Source: a virus
IMG/VR virus record: IMGVR_UViG_3300045988_073620
Location: 1 to 64,000 of that record
Length of the DNA stretch: 64,000 bases
Direction: 5' to 3' (one strand)
The first letter of the stretch is position 1. Every line of letters begins with the position of its first letter. A model generated the notes under the pieces. That model worked only from the letters and a program-made list of their open reading frames with translations. It did not search any database and had not been told where the DNA came from. Positions 16,901-26,381 of this stretch are shown here, piece by piece. Made by a program: the position numbers and the translations under genes.

Positions 16901-19689
16901 AATTTTGCAATATAAGCAAACATTCTTTGAAGTGCAATGACTATTGCGTTGATATACGGAAGAACTGTTCGCAGTATAGGAATGAACAAGGAACCTATTG
17001 TTCTACCAAGGGATGCAAAATTGAATTGCAGCATACGAATCTGGTTTGCTGGCTGGTTAATCGTATTAGCCAAATCACCCCATGCATATTTAGAATTATT
17101 CAGCAAAATAATTGTACGTAAGATCGTTTTATCTGCCTGAGATAAATTTGATATGCTGGTGTTGATTCCCAGATTGTATAATTCCTGTTGCATGTTGGCA
17201 TTACGGATATTGATGCCGTACTTGTCCATTGCACGGCTCATGCCAGTCAATCCGGATGCCATGTCTTCCCATACATCTTCAAAATCCATGTTCCTTACAG
17301 ATGCAAGGTCAGAACCAATCATTGTCAAAGCATTTGACAACTTCAATGCAGTCTCGGAGGTATCGCCCATAGATGATGACATCTGTGCGAATGTCGCCTG
17401 ATACTGCATGGCCTTTTCAGGGTCAAGTCCAAGGCTTGCAGTATTTGTCCTAGTAAGTTCCCCAGTATCGGAAATTTCAAATCCTGTCAATTTCTGAGAA
17501 AGTTGTTTCGCTCTCTCTTGAAATGAATTGGCATATGCTTCTGCGGATTTAATACCGCTCTTCTTCCATTCGTCAGTGTCGATTCCTTCTGCCACCTGAT
17601 TGAACGCAGAGTTGAAATAGTTCAAAGTCTCTACGTAATTCATCGCAGATTCTACAGGCGATGATAAAACTTCAAGGGCCCGTTTTACTAAAAATCCTTT
17701 TGCATATAAAGCGCTCAACTTATTTGTCAATGAGCTTAACGGATTTGACAGTTTTCTTATTTTTTCACCTGTTTCGGACGAAGCGTTGCCTATTCCGGCT
17801 ATGGCTGATACTACTTTTCCCCCAAGAGATATTGTTTTTGAAGCAAAAGCCTGGAACGCATTAGCAACACCATGCATTACAGAACTGACTTTAGAGCCAA
17901 CAGACGACAAATTATTGAGTGAGCTTGAAACACTGCTTGTAGCTCTTCCGACTTTACTTCCAGACGAAGCAAGTACAGCCAATGCCTCTGTCATTCTTAT
18001 TGTGCTCGAACTGATATCTGGTGCGCTTTTCATTACGTCAAAAAACTTCAAAACCTCTTGCGCGAGAGTTGATAATTGATTTGCAGTCTTTCCAGTTTTA
18101 TCTCCTGCACTAGCTAATTTTCCAAGAGAAGTAATAAAAGCATTGGTGGATGCTGATACTTCGCTCATAGATCCTAATTTAGCAGCCGCATTATTTAAAC
18201 CTGTCGCAAGATTCGGAAGTTCCTTTGATACATTGCCGATATACTGTCCTGTGCCGGCAAGTTTAGCTATAGCGGTCGTGAACCGGCTAACGCTCGGAGA
18301 AACGTCTGGAATAGCATCAAGTTTCTGCATCTCAGTAAGAATTTCACCTAATTTTCCGGTATCAAACTGGCTAAAATCAGATTTACCAAGACGATTGATG
18401 GAATTTATAACTACATTTAATCCAGTACCTTTGAAATTCACACTTCCCAGATCGCGGAGAGAGGTTGCAAATTTTGCCATACTGGTAGACAAATCAGTCA
18501 TTTCTCCGGCATCAATATCTTTTAATTTCTTTGCGATTGCGTCTTTTACCGTTGTTACATCGGCATCCAGAGTAACGTTGACGGTATTGTATTTCAGGTC
18601 TGCTGCTTTATTGATTGCCTTCTGAATATCAAGGACAATTTTATCTGTATTGATTTTTACATCAATTGGAAGTTGACCGTTTGTGCTTTTTAATGTGTTT
18701 TGGATTCGATCCCTTATTTTCTGTGCAAGTTGATCGTAAGCGTCCACGCTCATTTCCCAGACTTTATCGGAAGCCTGCGTTGCTTCCTTACCAGACAGCT
18801 CCTGAATAGATATAGGCTTGATGGAATCTCTGGCCTTTTTTAGATTTTCAAGAACGGTTATCAACTGATCTGCAGCATTGATTGTATCTTTAGGAATTAA
18901 GGTAGGAAATCTATCTGCCAGTTCCCCCCAAGACTCATTAAGGTTTATCCCTTTTGCAGCATCTCGTACAACATTGCTCAAATTCTCTTTTAAGAGTTCA
19001 CTAAATTCACCTTTGCCGACATCTGTTTTAAGCATGTCAGAAACATAAATTCTTTTGTTCTTAAAGAAATTATAGAAATCGACCCATTCTTGTTCTGCAC
19101 CATCAAGATATGAGCCAAGATTTCCTTTTACGACACTTCCACTTTTAATTATGGTATTAGCAATATTGTTAAGAGTATCATTAAGTTTTGCCAAAATATC
19201 CGTTCCATCGTAAGAACTTGCCATCGTTTTAGACAGTTCATTCATCTGAGCACGAATCTTAGATGCTGCACCGCCTTTAAGATTAAATGCACTTATAAGC
19301 TGACCAGAAATCGCAGAAGTATCAACTTTTACATCTTGAATGGTTTTGTCAATGGCATACTGTAATTTTTGTGTCTGATCGCCACCTTTAATATCAAGGT
19401 CAAGGCTTATTTTCTGGTTTTGCAAATTGCTTAAATTGATTTTACTGAGAGTATTCAATTTATCAATTGTTTTATCTAAAGTAGAAATATTTAAGCTGCT
19501 GATGGAATTAAGTGCAACGGTAACTCGTCCAAGCTCTTTGGAATAATTTCTTAGCCCTCCGGTATTTATGCCATTAAGACTTTTGTTAAGTACTTCAAAC
19601 TTTTTGATAAGTCCATTGATAGATTGAATTGCTTTGGTAGCACTACTTTCTATCTGTATATCAAGGGTATCTATGGTATTATCTGCCAT
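13972..19689 (-). CDS. tape measure protein (1905 aa)
   Basis: Size, position after the G/GT chaperones, helical repeat composition and a central hydrophobic/Gly-rich segment. Confidence 0.9.
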   Translation of the reverse strand: MADNTIDTLDIQIESSATKAIQSINGLIKKFEVLNKSLNGINTGGLRNYSKELGRVTVALNSISSLNISTLDKTIDKLNTLSKINLSNLQNQKISLDLDIKGGDQTQKLQYAIDKTIQDVKVDTSAISGQLISAFNLKGGAASKIRAQMNELSKTMASSYDGTDILAKLNDTLNNIANTIIKSGSVVKGNLGSYLDGAEQEWVDFYNFFKNKRIYVSDMLKTDVGKGEFSELLKENLSNVVRDAAKGINLNESWGELADRFPTLIPKDTINAADQLITVLENLKKARDSIKPISIQELSGKEATQASDKVWEMSVDAYDQLAQKIRDRIQNTLKSTNGQLPIDVKINTDKIVLDIQKAINKAADLKYNTVNVTLDADVTTVKDAIAKKLKDIDAGEMTDLSTSMAKFATSLRDLGSVNFKGTGLNVVINSINRLGKSDFSQFDTGKLGEILTEMQKLDAIPDVSPSVSRFTTAIAKLAGTGQYIGNVSKELPNLATGLNNAAAKLGSMSEVSASTNAFITSLGKLASAGDKTGKTANQLSTLAQEVLKFFDVMKSAPDISSSTIRMTEALAVLASSGSKVGRATSSVSSSLNNLSSVGSKVSSVMHGVANAFQAFASKTISLGGKVVSAIAGIGNASSETGEKIRKLSNPLSSLTNKLSALYAKGFLVKRALEVLSSPVESAMNYVETLNYFNSAFNQVAEGIDTDEWKKSGIKSAEAYANSFQERAKQLSQKLTGFEISDTGELTRTNTASLGLDPEKAMQYQATFAQMSSSMGDTSETALKLSNALTMIGSDLASVRNMDFEDVWEDMASGLTGMSRAMDKYGINIRNANMQQELYNLGINTSISNLSQADKTILRTIILLNNSKYAWGDLANTINQPANQIRMLQFNFASLGRTIGSLFIPILRTVLPYINAIVIALQRMFAYIAKLLGIKLSNFVSSTGGISVDTSNIADDMDNASDSIDTANKNAKKLEKTLSVLSFDELNQLNDNSDSGSTSNPSSGSGNGGLGHIGALDAALDDALSAYQKAWDEAFKKMSNRANKMADAIVNAFKRKDWKGLGKIMADGINWGMQKLYDAINWNKVGPYITKFTSAFTQTFNSLVDNINWNLMGRTVGAGLNTIVNMANQLLEGTDFKNLGKKFAEGVTGFIREVEWTNLGNMLGNNFMKAWDVFTGFVENLPYNEIGQAVANGLNGIFEKVDFGEIAHALATGLNGAFDSLAAFTDNFNWDDLVNNITTGIVTFMQEFNWRENGQKLESFIDNLLTSLIDIAEGVDWESFGHNIGVFLSEIDWGKHLSQLLTVIGEVLGGIWDGLGTTSAGTFIQAIAVFAVGNKLMPLVDTITKFFTGDTVFGNLSTAVRNMLNPAITEAVKTTIPTLGTSLGSLVATGGGIALAVGGAVLLTKKLAGLFETMQGGNGMTTQYGGYLHDYATQLTDVANLTNAQSEALWQLIEKDEELGKTHDEMYSDMVEKLKEYGVSADQAKTALEQYGAQAGVSAEFVEGMTDQISALGEGVSEAASKFDTSKISVDNLKDTLYALSLSSAEFGGNYTTAWNAISDVPYSNTKDALDTVYTSLKNAGVPLDELNKKLQEDFPNAAVATKTAVEQNIVGAQETISSSVAKASKDTKTATSEMTKNATDDFAEIQKQADTYMGNVATTTSVNWGNSSREATVKAREMKVAVSTELGNMDKSVRSHFESQYNIAYVKWENIGRDISNYISGTMNSDISSALGSFVDTIRNSFSNMYDIGYNAMQNLANGMKSVNIQTPHMYMDMTASVNGNKHSYKWNSGVNWYATGGVFTKASVIGVGEAGQEAVLPLENRKAMKSIADSIMSGYDGNMGLTKEEIMEAVERGVVTAMMNNGGFGGSSPEYIMNSIKVNERELARIVTKAQSNTEYRMNPSPAY

Positions 19690-19736
19690 TAAAACACCTC
19701 CTTTTAATCAAAAAAAATAAAGGGCAGACAAGACTT

Positions 19737-20551
19737 TTAATCCTGCCTGCCCTCGTCATTATTACCATGATTCAGCTCAAAATTTGCTTGCATGAGTTGC
19801 AATGCCATGAGCAACCTGTCACGTTGCCGTTTCTTTTCTGTTTCAGAAAAATTCTCTTCATCCTCTTGCTTTTCAGCTGTTTGTGAAAATGGTTCTTTAA
19901 GGTATTCAGCCTTTGACTTTTTACCAATAAGCACATTTGCAACCGCAGTCTGAACTGCGCACATCGTGTACATATTGAACTGCCATGCTTGCGAATCTGC
20001 CATTTTTTGTTTTAATTTGTAGGCTTCCATGTATGGTTCTAAATCATACGGTGTGGAATCCCAAAACTTTTCATCTGAAACGCCAATAGACAAATAAAGT
20101 GGAAGTAGTTTTTTATGGACTACTTCAGAAAAAGTCAGCTCTTCTTGTGATCCTGCGGCATTTTGGTTACTTTCTGATTCTTCTCGGCTTCTTCCATCGC
20201 TTTCAGCATGCCGGATAAAAAACCATTCTTCTCAAGCTCCTTACTCGCTTTTTCAAATAAAGTAAATCCATTATGAGGATTTTCCTCTGTGGATTCATCT
20301 TCGTAGTCGTCCAGAAGGTCGCATACCTTTTCATATGCAACTTTCTTTTCTTCTTCGGTTTCATATCCGAATTCATCTTTGTGTTTTCTTTGAAGTCCCG
20401 CCAGAATCAATTCTGGAAGCATTTTAATCATATCTTTCGGATTGTTGATTGCTCCCATAGAAGACACTTGTGTAAGAATGTCCGACTGGGTAAGCACGCC
20501 ATATCCGAATTTTACTTTGTATGTTTTATCATTTACTGAGAAACTAAACAT
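19737..20551 (-). CDS. tail assembly chaperone G-T fusion made by a -1 frameshift
   Basis: Hand translation shows the -1 frame open from TTTTTTA (20216-20222) through to ORF 19737..20093. Confidence 0.7.
20135..20551 (-). CDS. tail assembly chaperone (gpG-like)
   Basis: It lies between the major tail and TMP genes and carries a slippery site near its 3' end. Confidence 0.8.
   Translation of the reverse strand: MFSFSVNDKTYKVKFGYGVLTQSDILTQVSSMGAINNPKDMIKMLPELILAGLQRKHKDEFGYETEEEKKVAYEKVCDLLDDYEDESTEENPHNGFTLFEKASKELEKNGFLSGMLKAMEEAEKNQKVTKMPQDHKKS
20216..20222 (-). other. -1 programmed frameshift heptamer U_UUU_UUA
   Basis: The zero-frame codons are GGT TTT TTA. The site is in the canonical position for gpG/gpGT. 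Confidence 0.7.
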
Positions 20552-20573
20552 GATAACCTCCCTGTTTTACATC

Positions 20574-21053
20574 TTATTCAGCAGCTGCTGTCGGCTCAAC
20601 TTTGGTATCCAGTCCCTTATATGTATTGATAATAAGAGAAATGGACATGGTTGCCGCTTCGTTCTGTGCAATTTCCGGCATTGGGATTTCACGACCACAT
20701 TCTGCAATAACAAAGAATGCATCGGACATATCCGGGAATGATACCTGGAACCAAGTTGCCAGTCCTGTAGTTTTTGCAGCCTTAGAATCTTCGTACAGTT
20801 TTTTAATCTGTTTAACAGATTTATCTGGATCCATGATAAATTCAATCTCCCAAGCACCACCTGTATCTTGTTTACCAGCTGCATACTGTGTCAGATAATC
20901 TTCCAGCGCAGAAACGTCAATCTGTTCTGTGTCAAGAGAAATACCGCCGATAGAAGAGGCTTCTTCCAGCTGCGTGAATTTGGTAGGCTTTGTGCCTTTC
21001 ACGGTTTCAACGGCATATGAAAATTTCACACCAAGTGTAGTTAATCGTGCCAT
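20574..21053 (-). CDS. major tail protein
   Basis: Start at MARLTTLGVKF... behind GGAAAGGAG, immediately upstream of the chaperones. Confidence 0.75.
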   Translation of the reverse strand: MARLTTLGVKFSYAVETVKGTKPTKFTQLEEASSIGGISLDTEQIDVSALEDYLTQYAAGKQDTGGAWEIEFIMDPDKSVKQIKKLYEDSKAAKTTGLATWFQVSFPDMSDAFFVIAECGREIPMPEIAQNEAATMSISLIINTYKGLDTKVEPTAAAE

Positions 21054-21160
21054 TTTGGCTCCTTTCCGCTTTTCAGCTATAAGTTTTTGCAATAAAAAAG
21101 AGCCTTAATGGCTCTAACGCTTAACCCTGCGTTTGGGAGATAAAAGGATCACCGTCCTTT

Positions 21161-21454
21161 CTATTCTTCTTTGCTTGCTTGCTTAATAATCTGATTTACA
21201 TAATTGCTTAATCCTGCGACAAGAATTCCCTGTGTGATAGCGGTAAATACCGCCATTGCAATTTCCTGCCCGTTAGATACGGTAGATGTTGCAAATACAT
21301 AAATTCCACAAATTACCATTCCAAGGACTCCTAAAATTCCAGGAATGTATTTGTCGGATACTGTTTCTGTCTGCTTTAAAAATACTCCTGCAAAATACAG
21401 GACTACTGCAACAGTCAGAAGTTCTGGTTTTACATAGTTCAGAATCTGTTCCAT
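21161..21454 (-). CDS. holin (Hol44 / holin superfamily V-like)
   Basis: 97 aa, multiple TM segments and a charged C-terminus. The N-terminus reads MEQILNYVKPELLTVAVVLYFAGVFLKQ.... Confidence 0.7.
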   Translation of the reverse strand: MEQILNYVKPELLTVAVVLYFAGVFLKQTETVSDKYIPGILGVLGMVICGIYVFATSTVSNGQEIAMAVFTAITQGILVAGLSNYVNQIIKQASKEE

Positions 21455-21471
21455 AGTTTCTCACCCCTTTC

Positions 21472-21876
21472 TTAGAGCAATTGTCCGGCGTAAGTCCGGC
21501 TGTATCTGCTAATAACACGTTTTATGCTGTTTTCTGCATTGTTTTGTAATTCAGGGCCATATATCCTCCGAAATCCCATGCCGACCATGGCTTTGTGGCT
21601 TGCTTCGTCGATTTCGTCATATACTTTTGATAAGGCTTTTGCACCGGATGCATATGATTCGGTTTGAAATGATATCAGCGTAGCGCATTCATCGCCCTCA
21701 AGGTCACTATTTATCGTTGTATTCCCGAGCATCAACAAGCGAGCGTATGCCTTTTTTGTAGACGCTATTGTCTGGCTTTTATCCATAGAATAATTATTCT
21801 TTCCAACAACAGGCTCAACTGCTTTCGACCATCGGTTAAATACTTCTGAAATTGGATTTTTTATTGTGTCTGGCAT
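21472..21876 (-). CDS. head-tail joining / tail completion protein (hypothetical)
   Basis: Position only. Confidence 0.5.
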   Translation of the reverse strand: MPDTIKNPISEVFNRWSKAVEPVVGKNNYSMDKSQTIASTKKAYARLLMLGNTTINSDLEGDECATLISFQTESYASGAKALSKVYDEIDEASHKAMVGMGFRRIYGPELQNNAENSIKRVISRYSRTYAGQLL

Positions 21877-21985
21877 GTTATCACCGCCTTATTTTAAGCA
21901 TGAAAAAAGCACCCACCCCTCAGGCAGATGCTTTTATATGTTATAGTATATCATTTTGTTGTGTATGTTTCAGTATGGAATTTAT
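21877..21985 (-). promoter_or_regulatory. late regulatory cassette copy 2
   Basis: TTCCATACTGAAACATAC, then 12 nt, TATACT, a hairpin ending GGTGCTTTTTTCATGC, then the RBS. Confidence 0.65.
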
Positions 21986-22515
21986 CAGGAACCAAAAACT
22001 TCCTTAGCGATTTTACGAACAGCAATAACAATAGCTTGTTCTGCGTGATACATCGGCATATACGCTCTATTTCCGTACGAATGGTGTGACTGTCCGCTTT
22101 CATCTGTGTACCACCAACCATTTGGATTGTCCCAGTCTGATTTTTCTTTTTTGGAAGGATACGTCCCCATTCCGTAAGAATTTCCGCTAGGTAAAGGATA
22201 ATCATTCGTCCCATACGTTATTCCTGCCGAAAATTCGATAAAAAGTACATTGTTTCCTGACAATCGTATAGAAGAACCAATTATATTGCCCTGTTTGTCA
22301 TAGATAATTTCAGTGTAATAACTTCCTTTTTCCTCATCCGGTATTGATTCCATTGTAGTCTGTACAACTTCAAGTCCAAGTTCAGATAGCCGTTTAACAA
22401 ATAACTCATTCTTGTTGTTTAATTCAGTTTGATAAACTTTGAGTTGATCTATTGCATCTTGAATTGATTTTCGATTTAAACTGCATTTGATCATTTTCTT
22501 ACTCATTTTCAGCAC
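21985..22515 (-). CDS. hypothetical structural-module protein
   Basis: ORF track and operon context. Confidence 0.55.
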   Translation of the reverse strand: MLKMSKKMIKCSLNRKSIQDAIDQLKVYQTELNNKNELFVKRLSELGLEVVQTTMESIPDEEKGSYYTEIIYDKQGNIIGSSIRLSGNNVLFIEFSAGITYGTNDYPLPSGNSYGMGTYPSKKEKSDWDNPNGWWYTDESGQSHHSYGNRAYMPMYHAEQAIVIAVRKIAKEVFGS

Positions 22516-22888
22516 CTATCTTCGATATCCCGTACCGTGCAATGTTTCCTCGTTGAGTATCCAAAATCTTTTTTAACCGGTAATCTGGCATGATAGTTGG
22601 AACACTGTCTGTCAGAATAAGATCTCCTGCGTAGTCTAATTCGGGGACTGTATCAATCCAAAATACGTCTCCTTCCTGTGGCCTAAATTCACGATCAAAA
22701 GAAGTAATGTATCTATCATAGTCAGGCACGATACCGGACGATATCTCCTCCGGGGTTCCGGCAGTTGCCGATACAGAGAAATTGTGCAACTCTGGCTTAC
22801 TGTATTTCGTAACTGTATTAATATCGTTAAGAATTTCAGTTACTTTTGACCAGTATACGTTTTGTTTTTGACGTTTTAATCCTCTCAT
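22499..22888 (-). CDS. hypothetical head-tail module protein
   Basis: ORF track and operon context. Confidence 0.55.
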   Translation of the reverse strand: MRGLKRQKQNVYWSKVTEILNDINTVTKYSKPELHNFSVSATAGTPEEISSGIVPDYDRYITSFDREFRPQEGDVFWIDTVPELDYAGDLILTDSVPTIMPDYRLKKILDTQRGNIARYGISKIGAENE

Positions 22889-22963
22889 GTCGATTCCTTT
22901 CGAAATAATACTTTATATATTACTTACTTTAACAAATACTGTATGATATAGTTATATGGGGAG

Positions 22964-23134
22964 GTGATTTCCATAAAAAAGAAAGATGAAAGAAATATCA
23001 GCATAAAAATTAAATTAACCCCTGTGCAGTACATACATCTTCTGTTTCATTGCCAAAAAGAGGAAAAAGAAATATCACAGGTAGTCGAACGGGCTTTGAA
23101 TGAATATTTTTGTAAAAGAGGAAAAGAGTTTTAA
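22964..23134 (+). CDS. ribbon-helix-helix (CopG/Arc-like) protein; non-ATG start (GTG 22964 or ATA 22973)
   Basis: Hand translation gives ...NISIKIKLTPVQYIHLLFHCQKEEKEISQVVERALNEYFCKRGKEF, with GGGGAGGTG upstream. It is below the ORF-track cutoff. Confidence 0.45.
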   Translation: MISIKKKDERNISIKIKLTPVQYIHLLFHCQKEEKEISQVVERALNEYFCKRGKEF

Positions 23135-23325
23135 TCCTTTTATCCTTAACTCTATGGCCCATCTTCATATACTGTGGTACAATCAACCTATGAATAAGGT
23201 CTATGCTTCGTATGGCCAAGCATATTGACGATGGTGACGTTCCTGGATCAAAAAAAAATAAAAACATTTGTTGTTTCTAAGAAAGAAGATACAAACAAAT
23301 ACTGACAATTTCACTCAATGATTAG

Positions 23326-23369
23326 GAATATGAGGAGGACCATTAATCCTCTCCATATTCTATTTTTTT
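23326..23369 (+). terminator. strong intrinsic terminator
   Basis: Stem GAATATGAGGAGGA-N7-TCCTCTCCATATTC followed by TATTTTTTT. Confidence 0.75.
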
Positions 23370-23416
23370 ATTTACATAAATATTTTTTTGCAATTGAAAA
23401 GAGAACCGAATTCTAT

Positions 23417-24412
23417 CTAAATTGCATATTTCATATGAGATGTTTTTACATCTTCGTCTGACACCTTGGCATAAATCATTGTCGTATTAATGTTAACATG
23501 TCCAAGAATCTTTTGTACTTCTGTAATTGGCGTACCTCTCTGCAGAAGATGTGTAGCAAGGGTATGTCGAAATAGATGTGGTGTCAATGGTCTATCCAGT
23601 TCGGCGCGTTCCCCTATCAGTCGAATGATTCTTTCAATCGCTTCTTTTTTTAATACGTTGTGTGGTTTTCTTTCACTTACAAAAAGATATTCCGAATCAT
23701 CATTTCTGGATGTAAGGTACTGTCCTAAAAGAAGTTTGCTACGAGCATTTAGATATACTTTTCTATGCTTATTTCCTTTTCCTAAAACAATTACTTCGCC
23801 ATTTTGAAAATCCACATCTTGTTTCTTGACAGCGCATGCTTCTGTCACTCTGGCTCCTGTACTGTATAAGAATTCAATCATTGCCTTTTCGCGTACCGTT
23901 TCGCATACCTGTCTGATTCTTTCCAGTTCCATATCTGTCAGAGGTTTCTTCTCTACACGTTCGTATTTGATATTTTTGATAACTCTACACGGGTTCTTGC
24001 CTATATATCCCTCATTTGCAGCCCACTCAAAGAAAGCGTGTATGGCAGTTCTTCTGCTATCAAGCGTTCGATTACTTAACCCTCTGCTCTCCTGAGCATT
24101 ATACAGATATACACGAATATCATTTGCAGTAATGTCTTCTGCGTTTTTATTGACTGTAAAAAAGAAATCATCCAGATAAAGATTGTAGAGTTCGAGCGTC
24201 TTTTTACTCAAACCCTCGATTTTCCTACTTACAATGTAAGTTTTGTAGAAATCTGGCAAATATCCAGTATACTTTACAACTGCTGTTTCTCTTTGACTGA
24301 TATCAAAATCATTTACATACAACGCCAGTTTGTTTCTGATCGTTTCCAGATACTCTTCCGGAATTTCTCCATACAGTTTTGTCATGAACCCATTCACGAA
24401 TTTTTCTCTCAT
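23417..24412 (-). CDS. XerC/XerD-like tyrosine recombinase
   Basis: SAM-like N-terminal domain. The catalytic region reads ...STGARVTE...HLFRHTLATHLL...LGHVNINTTMIYAKV (R..HxxR..H..Y). Confidence 0.9.
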   Translation of the reverse strand: MREKFVNGFMTKLYGEIPEEYLETIRNKLALYVNDFDISQRETAVVKYTGYLPDFYKTYIVSRKIEGLSKKTLELYNLYLDDFFFTVNKNAEDITANDIRVYLYNAQESRGLSNRTLDSRRTAIHAFFEWAANEGYIGKNPCRVIKNIKYERVEKKPLTDMELERIRQVCETVREKAMIEFLYSTGARVTEACAVKKQDVDFQNGEVIVLGKGNKHRKVYLNARSKLLLGQYLTSRNDDSEYLFVSERKPHNVLKKEAIERIIRLIGERAELDRPLTPHLFRHTLATHLLQRGTPITEVQKILGHVNINTTMIYAKVSDEDVKTSHMKYAI

Positions 24413-24433
24413 AAAAAATACCCTCCTTTTGGG

Positions 24434-24536
24434 TTCACAAAGGGAGAGTACTGTGCTATAATATACCCGTACCCTTTGTGGTGCTTGGAGTTGGACTTTT
24501 TGTTTGGTAGACGGGAGTCCAGCTCCTCTTTTTTGT
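24434..24536 (+). ncRNA. candidate sRNA of about 68 nt
   Basis: TTCACA-N17-TGcTATAAT promoter, then hairpin GGAGTTGGACT/AGTCCAGCTCC with a T-run. There is no ORF or RBS. Confidence 0.4.
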
Positions 24537-24636
24537 GTTCTGTTATAGTGATTATAGCACTGATCGTTCTATCTGGATAGATATTTTAGTGAATTTATGA
24601 GAGATTTTTGCTTAACTAAAGCAATTCGTTAGTTAA

Positions 24637-26370
24637 TTATATTGTCATTAGCCAATTTGCAATTCTTGTCCCGATATATGGATAACCAACCTTATCGTTA
24701 AGATGTAATTGATCATTTGGATATTGTTCACCCATCGGAGTTGAACTTGCTGAAAATACGTTCCATGTATTTTGGTTTATGCCAGATGTATGGTATAAAT
24801 CAAGCACAGGTATCGCATTGTGTTTACAACATTCAATCATGGAGGCTACGAGTGTTTCTCCAGTACGACCTGATCCTGTTGGATATTCTTGTGTCCAATC
24901 GTAAGGTATTGTTTTGTATTTACCCGCACAATGAGGAGTAACTACAGCAATCCTACATTTGAGATTTTGTGCAGAAAGTAAAACACGATATATGCCATTG
25001 ATTAAATACTGCAAATTACCGATAACTGTATTTTGCGCTGGGTATAAATCACCTTTTTGTCCTTCTTCGTATCCTCTGAGATTATACCCACCAAAAATTA
25101 TAATTAAATCTCTATCAGCAACGTCTTGGGGTGATAAAGGAGATAATGAACCACTCGCTTGTGTATCTTCGTTTTCCGAATCGGCACTTCCATCGAGCAT
25201 TTCAACAAAACCAATTCCACCTTTTGCATGTGTTTTGACATTCGCTTCAAAAATGGTTTCAAGTGTTTTTTGCCATACACCACGTGCACTCAAGCTATCT
25301 CCAATAACAAGAATATTAGTCCCTCCCAAGGGTATATTGGTATATAATGGCCTGATATATGATTTGTCTATATGTTCAACCCACATACTAGATGTAGTAT
25401 CAACAGGTTCATCTGTAAAGCATACTAACGGCTTGGAAATGTTATAGTCATTCGCAAGGTAACTATCAGCCATGATATATGCTGCTGTGTTGTACAAATT
25501 CATATCTATTGGTGATTTGCCTATATCTGTTACTTTAGAAATAAATACAGAATCTGCATCATAAAAAGCAACATTCTTTGGGTATGCTATTCCTTTTACG
25601 TTTCCATATTCATTAAATTTGATGAAACCTACATGCATATAACGTTTTAAATGATCCCTTATATCAATTTTTTGAGTATGATACCATGTATTTGTTGTTG
25701 GGCTAATCGCTCCCATACTATTTATCGAACCTGACTCGATTATATCATTTGCGATATTTCCAGATGTGATTCTCCCTGAAAAGGCAACATCATTAATCCC
25801 TATTTTTGTATCTTTTCCAAATTTATCATTAATATTTTGCTTTAAGTTTTTTAACTCATAATTTATATCAAATGTCAACTCTTTTTCGTGTGCGGAGTTT
25901 GAATTATAATCAGAAACTCGAACATATATTGCATCATCTAAAGCAACGTCTTGTGTTTGTCCCCCTTTTATAAATTTTTTATCTTTACCGAAAGTAGCCC
26001 ATCCCGCTCTACCAACCATATAAGCATTTGTTGTCATTTTATAAGCTGTTGTAGGAATTTTTATATAATCGGTTACAGCATACTTCCCATTATCAGAATA
26101 TTCGTCATACACTCCATTAGACGCATTCACATAACCGTTCGAAAACACTGGTTTTAATGTTTTTTTAGTTTCAAAAACATCACTTAAATCTTCCTTTAGC
26201 GAATCAGTTTCTGCATTTACTTTCTTAAAATTGTCCCCTACCACTTTAGCATCTGCGAATGCACCCTTGATATCAAGTGTTTTGTTCGCTACAGGCTTAT
26301 CCGCAAGTCCCGGATAGCCTATGGGTTTATCCCCGTCTTGTGTACGTATTTTTAAAATAGAATCTGCCAT
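24637..26370 (-). CDS. tail fibre / receptor-binding protein with C-terminal SGNH (GDSL) esterase domain
   Basis: The C-terminal half contains ...NILVIGDSLSARG..., and the N-terminus looks fibre-like. Confidence 0.7.
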   Translation of the reverse strand: MADSILKIRTQDGDKPIGYPGLADKPVANKTLDIKGAFADAKVVGDNFKKVNAETDSLKEDLSDVFETKKTLKPVFSNGYVNASNGVYDEYSDNGKYAVTDYIKIPTTAYKMTTNAYMVGRAGWATFGKDKKFIKGGQTQDVALDDAIYVRVSDYNSNSAHEKELTFDINYELKNLKQNINDKFGKDTKIGINDVAFSGRITSGNIANDIIESGSINSMGAISPTTNTWYHTQKIDIRDHLKRYMHVGFIKFNEYGNVKGIAYPKNVAFYDADSVFISKVTDIGKSPIDMNLYNTAAYIMADSYLANDYNISKPLVCFTDEPVDTTSSMWVEHIDKSYIRPLYTNIPLGGTNILVIGDSLSARGVWQKTLETIFEANVKTHAKGGIGFVEMLDGSADSENEDTQASGSLSPLSPQDVADRDLIIIFGGYNLRGYEEGQKGDLYPAQNTVIGNLQYLINGIYRVLLSAQNLKCRIAVVTPHCAGKYKTIPYDWTQEYPTGSGRTGETLVASMIECCKHNAIPVLDLYHTSGINQNTWNVFSASSTPMGEQYPNDQLHLNDKVGYPYIGTRIANWLMTI

Positions 26371-26381
26371 TCTCTAACCTC

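Noticed and set aside
13964-18625. Several long plus-strand ORFs (for example 13964..14539, 17786..18079, 18143..18625)
   Set aside because: All are antisense to the uninterrupted 1905-aa tape measure ORF. They lack RBSs and have skewed S/P/F-rich composition.
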